Shown here one piece after another: positions 6,990-15,829 of a DNA stretch of 25,855 nt. Each line of letters starts with the position of its first letter. Within the stretch, counting starts at the first letter, position 1. The notes beneath the pieces were generated by a model. It had not been told where the DNA came from, searched no databases, and was given only the letters and a program-made list of their open reading frames with translations. Made by a program: the position numbers and the translations under genes. This stretch comes from an uncultured Eubacteriales bacterium (lineage in GTDB: Bacteria > Bacillota > Clostridia > Christensenellales > Aristaeellaceae): contig CAWVLE010000174.1 of the NCBI GenBank assembly GCA_963929805.1, forward strand, positions 1 to 25,855. Reading direction: 5' to 3'.

Positions 6990-8542
6990 GTTCTTTCTCC
7001 GTTTCCTTTCGGCGGCGCCGGGCGAAACGGCCCACGTTCGCCCACGGCGTAATGCATGATTTCCTCCTGGGAAGTTTGCGCCGTTATCAGTTCTTTTACA
7101 ATTCTGCCGCCATACATTACGTATATTCTGTCCGTAATGGACAACAATTCGCCGTTTTCGCTGGAAGCGTACAGCACGCCGCAGCCCGACAAGGCCAGCT
7201 GGTTTACGGCCTTTAGCAGTTCGCCCTTTGCGCCGACGTCAATTCCCTTTGTGGGCTCGTCCAACAGGTACGCCTGGCAGCCGGCGGCCAGCCATTTGCC
7301 CACCACCGCCTTTTGCTGGTTGCCGCCCGACAACTGCCCCACGCCCTGGCGCACGTCTAAAGCCTTTATGCCCAGGTGGCGGACAAATGTACGGGCGTTT
7401 TCATTGAGCTTTTTCCGCCGCACAAAGCCCATGCGGCTTAACTTTTTTAAATTGGCCGCCCCCATGTTAAACGCGAGACTCTCCGTAAGGAACAGGCCTT
7501 CTTTCCTGCGCTCCTCGGGCACCAGGCCCATTTTGCGCTTTACCGCCGCAGCCGGGCTTTTCAGGCGCGCCGGACGGCCCGCCAGGCGCACCTCACCTTC
7601 GGATACGGGCAACGCGCCAAAAACCGCCTTGCACAGTTCGCTCTTGCCCGCGCCCACCAGCCCGGCTATGCCTACGACTTCGCCCCGGTTAAGCGTAAAA
7701 GACACATCCTTTACGCTGCCGTCGCGGCTGGAAAGGCCGCTGACCGTCAAAAGCTCAGCCCCGGATGGCTCCGGACGGCTTAACTTGGCCTTGCTCAGCT
7801 CCTCGCCCAGCATTTCCCGCACCAGTTCGTCCGCGCTGGTCTTTTCGGTAATGGGCGCGTTCGCGGCAAGCTTCCCATTTCGAAGCGCCGTATACCGGCC
7901 GCATATCTGAAGGATCTCCGTCAGCCGGTGGGAAATAAAGACGATGGCCAGCCCCTGTTCCCCGGCCAGGCTCCTGCAAAGCCGGAACAGGGTGCGCGTT
8001 TCGGCCGAGCTTAGCGGCGCGGTGGGCTCGTCCAGCAAAAGCACGCGGCAGCGGCTGTTAAGCGCGCGGGCGATCAGCACCATCTGTTTATACGCCAGGG
8101 GCAACCTGCCCACCCGCTCGCGCACGTCAAAATTCATATTAAGCCGGTCAAGCAGCGCCGCGGCCTCTTTGCGCACGTCGCGCCAGCGCATCCAGGGCCC
8201 CATCCCGCTTTGCCCGCTTAAGTCGTCCAACAGGATATTCTCCGCCACCGAGAGCGTAGGCGCCAGCGCCGCGTCCACTTCCTGATGCACGATCTGTATG
8301 CCCAGGCGTTTGGCTGCGGCGGGGCTGCGCACATCCACGAGACTGCCGTTTATATAGATGCCGCCCGTATAGGCGGGGTTTATTCCCGCCAACACGTTCA
8401 TCAGCGTGGATTTGCCCGCGCCGTTAGCGCCCACCAGGGCGTGTATTTCGCCCGCGCGCACGTCAAAATCCACATGATCCAGGGCTTTAACCCCGGGATA
8501 GCTGACGCAGATGTCCCGGGCTTCAAGCGCGAAAGATGTCAT
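6986..8542 (-). CDS. Sugar ABC transporter (CUT2/RbsA-like) ATP-binding protein with two NBD halves
   Basis: Walker A GANGAGKST and GLVGAGKSE, LLLDEPT, ISH, LSGGNQQK, LDEPTKGIDVGAK. Start at ATG 8542 after GAGGAGG. Confidence 0.93.
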   Translation of the reverse strand: MTSFALEARDICVSYPGVKALDHVDFDVRAGEIHALVGANGAGKSTLMNVLAGINPAYTGGIYINGSLVDVRSPAAAKRLGIQIVHQEVDAALAPTLSVAENILLDDLSGQSGMGPWMRWRDVRKEAAALLDRLNMNFDVRERVGRLPLAYKQMVLIARALNSRCRVLLLDEPTAPLSSAETRTLFRLCRSLAGEQGLAIVFISHRLTEILQICGRYTALRNGKLAANAPITEKTSADELVREMLGEELSKAKLSRPEPSGAELLTVSGLSSRDGSVKDVSFTLNRGEVVGIAGLVGAGKSELCKAVFGALPVSEGEVRLAGRPARLKSPAAAVKRKMGLVPEERRKEGLFLTESLAFNMGAANLKKLSRMGFVRRKKLNENARTFVRHLGIKALDVRQGVGQLSGGNQQKAVVGKWLAAGCQAYLLDEPTKGIDVGAKGELLKAVNQLALSGCGVLYASSENGELLSITDRIYVMYGGRIVKELITAQTSQEEIMHYAVGERGPFRPAPPKGNGERT

Positions 8543-8562
8543 AGCTTCCTCCTCGCGCCGCC

Positions 8563-9711
8563 TCAATCGCCCAAAAGGCGGGCCATCCAGTCGCTGGTGG
8601 GCATCCAGGACCGGTCGGTATAGGCCTCGCCGGCCACCGTATCCAAATTGGTCACATTGATCCCGCCGCCCGACACCATATCCTGGGTTATCACGTTGGT
8701 GGGCAGCTCCAGCCAGGCGCTCGCCTGTCCGGTCATGGGATCGATAATTTTGTCGTATTCCCCGGCCATCTCCAGCGCCAGCACCCGCACCCCAAATTCG
8801 CCGTTGTAAAACCAGTTTGTGGTGGCACAGGCCTTCCAGGGCGAATTTTCACGGGCCATTTTTTCGATATCCGCGTTGCAGATGTCCACGCTCACCATGG
8901 GGATATCGTATCCGTCCTGGGTAAGCGCCGTATACACGCCGCTGGCGTACAGATCGTAGCAGCACCATATGGCGTCGATCTGCCCCGGCTGATACTTGGC
9001 CAGCGTGGCGGTGGTAACGTCGGCCATGGAGGCCTCCGCGTTGTTAAAATCGGACGGGCCGATGGTCTCCACCGTATGGATCAGGCCCTGCTGCTCGTAG
9101 GCTTCATAGCCTTCCTGCCTGCGGTCGAAGGGGGAGAGAAAGTTGGGGCCCACCCACACCTTGAGTATGTTGACGGGCGTACCCGCCTCCACCTTGTCCG
9201 GATAGAGCTCCTCGAGGATGTAATCCAACAGTAATTGCGCGAACTGGGCGTCCTGCTGGAAAAACTGGGTGACGCCTTCCAGCGTCTGGGTCTGGCCGTT
9301 TTCGTCCTTAAACTGGGTGTCAAAGGTAACCAGTTTAAGATCGGGATACTGCGCCATCAGGTTTTTCAAAAAGGTATAGGCGTAGTTCTGCCCGCCGTGG
9401 CTGAGCAGCAGGCCGTCGTATCCGGCCGCCGCGCACTGGGAAACCGTGTCCTGCCATTGGGCGTCCGATCCGCCGCAGAAAAAGGCGTCGTACTCCATGC
9501 CCAGGCCCTGCGCCGTTTCCTGCGCGGCCTGCGACCACATTTGGAATATGTCCGATGGCGCCATCTGCATAATATAGGCCATTTTTTTGCCCGCCACCGG
9601 CGAATCCACCCCGGCCGCGGAGGCGTCCGCGCCCGCCTCGTCCGCGCGCCCCAAACAGGTCATAGCCATCAGTACCGCCAGCGCGCAGGCCAGCGCCGTC
9701 CATTTTTTCAT
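8563..9711 (-). CDS. Sugar ABC transporter substrate-binding protein (RbsB-like fold); possibly methylthioribose-type
   Basis: Signal peptide MKKWTALACALAVLMAM after an AGGAGG RBS; the ORF extension to 9987 overlaps cstA and is rejected. Sugar-binding-type motifs GYDGLLLSHG, KLVTFD, IDAIWCCYD, MVSVD. Substrate is inference only. Confidence 0.82.
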   Translation of the reverse strand: MKKWTALACALAVLMAMTCLGRADEAGADASAAGVDSPVAGKKMAYIMQMAPSDIFQMWSQAAQETAQGLGMEYDAFFCGGSDAQWQDTVSQCAAAGYDGLLLSHGGQNYAYTFLKNLMAQYPDLKLVTFDTQFKDENGQTQTLEGVTQFFQQDAQFAQLLLDYILEELYPDKVEAGTPVNILKVWVGPNFLSPFDRRQEGYEAYEQQGLIHTVETIGPSDFNNAEASMADVTTATLAKYQPGQIDAIWCCYDLYASGVYTALTQDGYDIPMVSVDICNADIEKMARENSPWKACATTNWFYNGEFGVRVLALEMAGEYDKIIDPMTGQASAWLELPTNVITQDMVSGGGINVTNLDTVAGEAYTDRSWMPTSDWMARLLGD

Positions 9712-11126
9712 AGTCTGTTTTCCTCCTTTTTCAGTGCCTTTGCCGCAAACAACGCCGCGCAGCCCAGCGCAAACACGATGCCGGCCGGATAGGCGATATA
9801 CGCCGCCAGGCGGAATCCCTCGTCCGCCATCAGTATGTAGGTTAAGGATACGGCGGACATAAAACACGCCGGCGCGGCGCACAGCAGCGAGTGCCACCGC
9901 CTGGCCCCATTTTTGACCAGATACATGGCCGCCGCCCACAGGGTAATCATGGCCAGGGTCTGGTTGCTCCAGGAAAAGTAGCGCCACACGGTGTTAAAAT
10001 CCACCGTCGTCAGCACGGCGCCCGCCGCCAGCAGCGGAATGGTAACCGCCAGCCGCTTGGGCATGCTGGACTGGTCAATACGCAGCCAGTCGGCGATGGT
10101 CAGCCGGGCGCTGCGAAAGGCGGTATCGCCCGAGGATATCGGGCACACCACCACGCCCACGATGGCCAGCGCGCCGCCGGCTATGCCCAGCAGCGATACG
10201 GAAATTTCATACACCACGCCGGACTGGCCCAGGCTCGTCAGCGCCGCTTGCAATCCGCCCGTGGCCCCGTAAAAGGCCACGCCCGCCGCCGCCCACACCA
10301 GGGCGATTACGCTTTCGGTCAGCATCGCGCCGTAAAATACGCGCCGCCCATCCTTCTCCGTCTTAAGGCAGCGGGCCATCATGGGCGACTGCGTGCCGTG
10401 AAAGCCCGATATCGCGCCGCACGCCACGGTGATAAACATAAAGGGCCATATCGGACGGCCGACGGGGTTTTGATTGACCAGGGAAAGCTCGGGCAGCGTG
10501 TAACCGCCGGCGAGCAACCCCACGACGATGCCGGCCGCCATGATCAGAAGCACCACCCCAAATATGGGGTAGAGCTTGCCGATAACCTTATCAATGGGCA
10601 GCAGGGTGGCCAGCAGATAGTATATCAGGATTACCACGCTCCAAAACCCGGCGTTCATCCAATCGGGCGTAAGGCGGGCGAGCAGCAGCGCCGGGCTGGT
10701 GGTAAACACCGCGCCCAGCAGCACCAGCAGCACCAGCGAAAATATCCGCATCACCTGCTTTGCCGCGCCGCCCAGGTATTTGCCCACGATTTCCGAAATG
10801 GAGGCGCCGTCCAGCCTGAGCGAGATCATGCCGCTCATGTAATCGTGTACCGCGCCGCCCAGAATGGAGCCGAATACGATCCACAAAAACACCACCGGCC
10901 CGAAAACCGCGCCCAGCAGCGCGCCGAAAATCGGGCCCGTGCCCGCGATGTTGAGCAGCTGTATCAAAAACACGCGCCAGGTCTTCATGGGAACATAGTC
11001 CACGCCGTCCGGATGGTCAGTTGCCGGGGTGGGCCTGTCGTCGGGGCGGAACACGCGCTCCACCACCCGTCCATACACGAAATAGCCCGCCACTAAAATC
11101 GCAAGAGCGCACACCAGGGTAATCAC
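9708..11126 (-). CDS. cstA: Carbon starvation CstA-family transporter (short, ~472 aa form)
   Basis: DGVDYVPM, QLLNIAGTGPIFG, GGAVHDY, ACGAISGFHGTQSPMMARC, FYGAM, WRYFSWSNQTLA. GTG 11126 is better spaced from GGGAGGA than ATG 11132. Confidence 0.9.
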   Translation of the reverse strand: MITLVCALAILVAGYFVYGRVVERVFRPDDRPTPATDHPDGVDYVPMKTWRVFLIQLLNIAGTGPIFGALLGAVFGPVVFLWIVFGSILGGAVHDYMSGMISLRLDGASISEIVGKYLGGAAKQVMRIFSLVLLVLLGAVFTTSPALLLARLTPDWMNAGFWSVVILIYYLLATLLPIDKVIGKLYPIFGVVLLIMAAGIVVGLLAGGYTLPELSLVNQNPVGRPIWPFMFITVACGAISGFHGTQSPMMARCLKTEKDGRRVFYGAMLTESVIALVWAAAGVAFYGATGGLQAALTSLGQSGVVYEISVSLLGIAGGALAIVGVVVCPISSGDTAFRSARLTIADWLRIDQSSMPKRLAVTIPLLAAGAVLTTVDFNTVWRYFSWSNQTLAMITLWAAAMYLVKNGARRWHSLLCAAPACFMSAVSLTYILMADEGFRLAAYIAYPAGIVFALGCAALFAAKALKKEENRL

Positions 11127-11190
11127 ATGCATTCCTCCCGTATAAGCTGTTATCCGCTATCTACCCGTTTGCAAGCCCAACCAGCCGGCC

Positions 11191-13194
11191 TTACCAGCCC
11201 TTTTCAATGGTAAGAACGTTAAACCCGTCCGCGTATTCGTAGCGGATCAGGTCCATGGTCTTTTTCACCATAAAGATGCCCAGCCCGCCGATGCCCCGCT
11301 CTTCCGCCGTCAACGTGATATCCGGATCGGGCTTACCGGTGGGGTCATAGGGTCTTCCGTTATCCACAAAGCGCATGGCAACCCGGTTTTCCCGAACTTC
11401 GCAGCCCACGGTGACGGAGGTTGCGCCGCTGTAGCGCGCAATGTTGGAAAATATTTCATCCACGGCTATATTGACCTGAGAGATGATTTTGACCGGCGCG
11501 CCGTTTTGCGTCAGCTCCTGTTCAAAAAATCCGCTCACCTGTTCCATGCTTTCAAGCGCCGGCGCGACGTTGATCTTGCGCATGCCCTTGCCCTGATCGT
11601 CCCTTCTCTTGATGGCGAGCATGGTAATGTCGTCAAACTGAGGCGCCTCGCCCACAAAGCGGTCGATGTCGGCCTTGACGGTGCGCAGCAGCTGTTCCGG
11701 GCCCTCGCCGGGGTAAAGGTTCAGCGCGTTGAGCATGCGCGCGGTGGAGTACAGCACGTTGTCCGCGTTGGTCGCTTCGGCCACGCCGTCGGTATAGATA
11801 AAGAAGGTATCGCCCGGGTTCAGGTTCAGCTCGTATTCCCTGTACCTGGATCCCTCCATGCCGGCCAGCACAAACCCGTGCCTGTCGCGCACCAGTTCAA
11901 ATGCGCCGTCCGCGCGCCGCAGCGCCGGGAATTCGTGCCCCGCGTTGGCGGCGACCATCCGGCCGGTGGAAATTTCGTATATGCCCAGCCACACGGTGAC
12001 AAACATTTCCGCCTCGTTGTTTTCGCACAGCTGGTTGTTTACCTTTTCCAGCACCGCCCTGGGGCTCAGCCCGGTCTGGGCGGCGTTTTTAAGCAGCGTC
12101 TTGGCGATAACCATAAACAGCGCCGCCGGCACGCCCTTGCCGGATACGTCCGCGATGACCAGCGCCAGGTGGTCGTCGTCCACCAGGAAGAAATCGTAAA
12201 AGTCGCCGCCCACTTCCTTGGCGGGGGTCATGGACGCATAGATGTCAAATTCGTGCCGGTCGGGGAACGCCGGATAGATACAGGGTAGCATGTCGGACTG
12301 TATCTTCGCGGCCACGTTAAGCTCCGCGCCGATGCGCTCCTTTTCGGCGGTCACATTGGCCAGATTGCGTATGTAATCGCGCAGTTCCACCGTCATATAT
12401 TGAAAGGCCAACGCCAGTTCTTCCACCTCGTCGCCGGTGTGGATATCCGCGTGGAACTGATCCAGGTTTTCCATTTTGCTTCTGACCAGCGCCTGGGTCG
12501 CCCGGTTCAGCGTGTCAAGCGGCCGGATAAGGATGCGGCGTATGTAGAAATAGCATGCCACCACCGACGCGGCCAGCACCACGCAGGCGATTAAAAGCGT
12601 CATCAACACGAGCTGGCGGATCTGCGCGTTGATCATGTCCATGGAAATATCCACGCTGGCCAGCGCTGCGGGCTGGCCGCTGCTGTCCAAAATGGCCACA
12701 TAGGCGGACGCCAGATAGCCGTATTCCTGGTTGTTGGTAATGAGTATGATCTGCTCGGCGTCCGGGGCAAAGGCGGCGTGCATCAGCTCGTTTCCGCCGC
12801 CATAGTAGGCGTCGGCGTCGCCCAGATCGCACACCCCATCCTCGCCCGGCGTGCCGGCGTCCCAGATGTAATACATCTCATTTTCTTCGGGCACCACCAC
12901 GTAAAAATACCTAAGGTTCATTTCCTGCCTGACCGTCATAAGGTATTGCCGGATTTCTTCGTAATAGGCGTCCTTTTCCCCCGTCGTGTAATAGCGGGCA
13001 ATACTGTCCCCGTCGATAAGGCGGGCCGCGATGCTGGCCTGCTCAAAGGCCAGCCCCGCGTAGTAGTCCTCCATGCGGTTTCGGTACATCCGCGAAAGCG
13101 CCGGCGTCAGCGCGGCCATAAGCAGCGCCGCCATGCCCACCAGCCCCAAAAGCAGTTTGGGTTGCAGGCGCAGGTTCCATCGTGGCTTTTTCAT
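11191..13194 (-). CDS. Membrane sensor PP2C/SpoIIE-type (RsbU-like) phosphatase with HAMP and C-terminal RsbW-like Ser kinase domain
   Basis: Two TM segments around an extracytoplasmic domain. HAMP (PL..L...GDEVEEL). PP2C motifs GGDFYD, IADVSGKG, YTDG, DDITM. C-terminal DEIFSN, DNG, GGLG. Start 13194 overlaps the upstream stop (ATGA). Confidence 0.9.
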   Translation of the reverse strand: MKKPRWNLRLQPKLLLGLVGMAALLMAALTPALSRMYRNRMEDYYAGLAFEQASIAARLIDGDSIARYYTTGEKDAYYEEIRQYLMTVRQEMNLRYFYVVVPEENEMYYIWDAGTPGEDGVCDLGDADAYYGGGNELMHAAFAPDAEQIILITNNQEYGYLASAYVAILDSSGQPAALASVDISMDMINAQIRQLVLMTLLIACVVLAASVVACYFYIRRILIRPLDTLNRATQALVRSKMENLDQFHADIHTGDEVEELALAFQYMTVELRDYIRNLANVTAEKERIGAELNVAAKIQSDMLPCIYPAFPDRHEFDIYASMTPAKEVGGDFYDFFLVDDDHLALVIADVSGKGVPAALFMVIAKTLLKNAAQTGLSPRAVLEKVNNQLCENNEAEMFVTVWLGIYEISTGRMVAANAGHEFPALRRADGAFELVRDRHGFVLAGMEGSRYREYELNLNPGDTFFIYTDGVAEATNADNVLYSTARMLNALNLYPGEGPEQLLRTVKADIDRFVGEAPQFDDITMLAIKRRDDQGKGMRKINVAPALESMEQVSGFFEQELTQNGAPVKIISQVNIAVDEIFSNIARYSGATSVTVGCEVRENRVAMRFVDNGRPYDPTGKPDPDITLTAEERGIGGLGIFMVKKTMDLIRYEYADGFNVLTIEKGW

Positions 13195-14027
13195 CGCGTA
13201 TCCTCCTTTTCCGGCATGGGGCGCACGCACAGGCGCAGGTGGCCGTCCGCCGTGCGGTACAGCCAGCGCCCCTGGGATAGTTGCCGCTCCTGCTCTTCCA
13301 TCTGCGCCGTGCCCGGCGTCAGCGCGGTCACGTAGTACCAGCGCCCGCCCAGCCGCGCCTGGCTTAGGCTGTTATAGCGGCGAAAGACCTGCGCCGCCTG
13401 GGCCGTGGTCTGGCTGTGATCCAGGCTGAGCCGCGCCGTCTCGGGCCGGCGCCAGTAGGGCGTTCGCCCGGCCTGCGGCACGGCCCGCGCCCACGCCCCA
13501 TCCAAATCGCTCATAAGCGTTTCCAGCATGCCGCGGGCAGCGGCGGCGCATTTCAGGTACAAATCGACGCTGTCGGTTTCGCCGGTTATCTCCACGGCGC
13601 GCTGCGCCAGTATGTCCCCGCCGTCCAGGCGGCTGGTCACCTTGTGCATGGTTACGCCCGTAACCCCAAGGCGCCTGTCCATGGCCCCTTCGATCGGGTA
13701 ATAGCTGCGCCCGTCCGGCAAGAGCGAGCTGTGGGTATTGATGCCGCGAAAGTTATCCAGCCCCTCGGGGATGGGCAAAATGCGGTTATACTCGGCGATA
13801 AAAAGCAGGCCGCACCCTTCCCGCCGGAAAAGCCGCTCTATTTCTTCGGGCGCGATGTCCTCGTAGTGCACCGGTATGCCCATCTGCCGGGCGCGGCGGA
13901 CGATGGCGTATTCGGTAAAATAGTCCTCGTCGTTGTGATAGGTATAAAGCGCCAGCACGCGGTGACGTTTTAAAAAATATTCAAAGCAGGATAGAAATAC
14001 GTCCGTGCCAAAATACACGACGTTCAT
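13191..14027 (-). CDS. Formyltransferase (Fmt/ArnA-like N10-formyl-THF-dependent family)
   Basis: INTHSSLLP (catalytic Asn/His), TGVTMH and LDGGDI (catalytic Asp). Start at ATG 14027 after AAGGAAG. Confidence 0.82.
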   Translation of the reverse strand: MNVVYFGTDVFLSCFEYFLKRHRVLALYTYHNDEDYFTEYAIVRRARQMGIPVHYEDIAPEEIERLFRREGCGLLFIAEYNRILPIPEGLDNFRGINTHSSLLPDGRSYYPIEGAMDRRLGVTGVTMHKVTSRLDGGDILAQRAVEITGETDSVDLYLKCAAAARGMLETLMSDLDGAWARAVPQAGRTPYWRRPETARLSLDHSQTTAQAAQVFRRYNSLSQARLGGRWYYVTALTPGTAQMEEQERQLSQGRWLYRTADGHLRLCVRPMPEKEDTR

Positions 14028-14043
14028 CGGTTTGCGCTTCCTT

Positions 14044-15801
14044 TCATATTTTGACACTTAGGACGTTAAAGCCCTGGTAACGCCGGTAGAAAAAAGTCTT
14101 GGCGCGCTGCTTGATAACCAGCACGCCGATGGCGTCCATGCCGCACTGATCCAGATCGTCCATGCGGCGGGTATTGAGGCTGAACGGGTCAAAGGTGACC
14201 GCGTCGTCGCGCATGTGCAGTTCAAAATCCCCGTCGGGCAGCGCGATGGCCGTAATTTGTATATAGCCGTCCGTGCGCCCCGCAAAGCCGCGCTGCAATA
14301 TGGCCATGCCCAGTTCCTCTACCGCCATGGTCACAAAATAGCTCTGGCGCGCGTTGGCATCCCATTTTTCGCAAAAGGCCTCCAGTTCCTGGCTGACCGC
14401 GCCCACGTCCTGCGCGTTGCTGGATACGGTGCGCTGGAATATCCGCTGGGGATCCATATCCTGCGCCTTAAATCGTCCGCTCAGCGCCAGCGCGCCGAAC
14501 GCCGCCAGCGCCAGCGCCTCCGTGGCCGGGAACAGCCACCACACGCCCGACAACCCCAGCCGCGCGCACAGTATGGTTATCGGGAACAAAAGCACGACGC
14601 CCCGCAGCGTCTCAAGCACGAACGAAGCCTTTTCCCGTTCGCACGCCTGATAATAGTTGCACAGCAAAATATTGATGCCCGCAAAAAACGCGCCCAGGCC
14701 GTAAATGCGCAGCGCCTGGAAAGAGAGCGCCTGGGCGGACGCGCCGGTTATGCCAAACAGCATGCACATGCCCATGGGCCAAAGCTCTACCAAAATGATA
14801 AGCAGCCCGCCCACCGCGACGCCGCTTAGAAACCCCAGGCCGGTTATGGCGCGCAGCCCGGTTCGGTTGTGCTCGCCCTGATAGGTGGACAGTATGGGCT
14901 GCATGGCCCGGGCCGTACCCTCGTACAGATACAGTATTAAATAAGAAGTGTTCTGTATCAAATCGAACACGGCCACGCCGGTTTCCCCGCCCATGCGGAT
15001 GAGCAGGTTGTTGCACAGCAGGAAAAAGAACATCTGGTACAGGTATTGCACCGAGGTGGCGAACCCCGCCCTGAGCGCGCGCGCGGCCGGACGCAGCCAG
15101 CCCTTTCCCGGAAAGGACAGCTTGAGCGCGTGGTCGCGCCGGAAAAGGCCCGGCAGATAAATGCCGATGGTGATAATCTGGCCCAGCGCCGTGGAAAGCG
15201 CCGCGCCCCGCGTGCCCATGTCAAGGCCCAGCACAAAAAAGACGTTAAAGGCGATGTCGCACACGTTGCCCACCACCGAGCCCACGCCCGCGCGGCGCTG
15301 GCTGCCGTCGTTGCGCAGGTAGTAGTTAAGCAGGTTGGACAGGTAAAAAAGCGGCGTGGCCGAGATCAGAACCCTGAGATAATCCCGCGTGGCGTCAAAC
15401 AGCGCGCCGTCCCCGGGCGTGGTGCCCAGCAGCTTTAAAAGCGGCGTAAGCCCCAGATTGCCCGCCACGGCGGTAACGCCGCTTATTACCAGCGCCAGCA
15501 GCAAAACCTGGTTAAAGCTTTGCGCGGCCGGGCGGGGCTGGCCCTCGCCCAGCAGCCGGGCGTAGCGCACCGACCCGCCCAGCCCCAATCCATGCGCCAG
15601 CATGCAGTTGGCCATGTACACGGGCAGAATCAGCCCGATGGCGGCCAGCCCTACGGTGCCCAGTTTTTGCCCCACCACGACGGCGTCGGCCATATCGCTA
15701 AGCGCCCAGCCCACGCAGGACGCCATGGCCGGCGCCCATAGCCGCCGGTACATGGGGCCGGTAAACCGGTCCTGCCCCAGGGCCAACCGCAAGTGTGCCA
15801 T
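14044..15801 (-). CDS. MATE-family efflux transporter with C-terminal degenerate RsbW-like (HATPase-fold) domain
   Basis: MATE motifs D..VVGQKLG..GLAAI, GLGLGGS and NIxxNV-type GNVCDIAFNVFFV, with ~12 TM segments. Tail AVEELGMAI...MRDDAVTFDP...IGVLVIK...YQGFNVL. Confidence 0.85.
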   Translation of the reverse strand: MAHLRLALGQDRFTGPMYRRLWAPAMASCVGWALSDMADAVVVGQKLGTVGLAAIGLILPVYMANCMLAHGLGLGGSVRYARLLGEGQPRPAAQSFNQVLLLALVISGVTAVAGNLGLTPLLKLLGTTPGDGALFDATRDYLRVLISATPLFYLSNLLNYYLRNDGSQRRAGVGSVVGNVCDIAFNVFFVLGLDMGTRGAALSTALGQIITIGIYLPGLFRRDHALKLSFPGKGWLRPAARALRAGFATSVQYLYQMFFFLLCNNLLIRMGGETGVAVFDLIQNTSYLILYLYEGTARAMQPILSTYQGEHNRTGLRAITGLGFLSGVAVGGLLIILVELWPMGMCMLFGITGASAQALSFQALRIYGLGAFFAGINILLCNYYQACEREKASFVLETLRGVVLLFPITILCARLGLSGVWWLFPATEALALAAFGALALSGRFKAQDMDPQRIFQRTVSSNAQDVGAVSQELEAFCEKWDANARQSYFVTMAVEELGMAILQRGFAGRTDGYIQITAIALPDGDFELHMRDDAVTFDPFSLNTRRMDDLDQCGMDAIGVLVIKQRAKTFFYRRYQGFNVLSVKI

Positions 15802-15829
15802 AGACCGTTTCCCTCTTTCCATCCGCAGC

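Noticed and set aside
9712-9987. N-terminal extension of the CUT2 SBP ORF
   Set aside because: It overlaps the cstA coding region; the signal peptide and RBS begin at 9711.
9891-11096. 401-aa plus-strand ORF
   Set aside because: Antisense shadow of cstA; low-complexity R/H/G/Q composition.
11133-11190. Terminator, promoter or SAM riboswitch upstream of cstA
   Set aside because: The 58-nt gap has no stable hairpin or riboswitch core, and only a weak TTGCAA without a matching -10.
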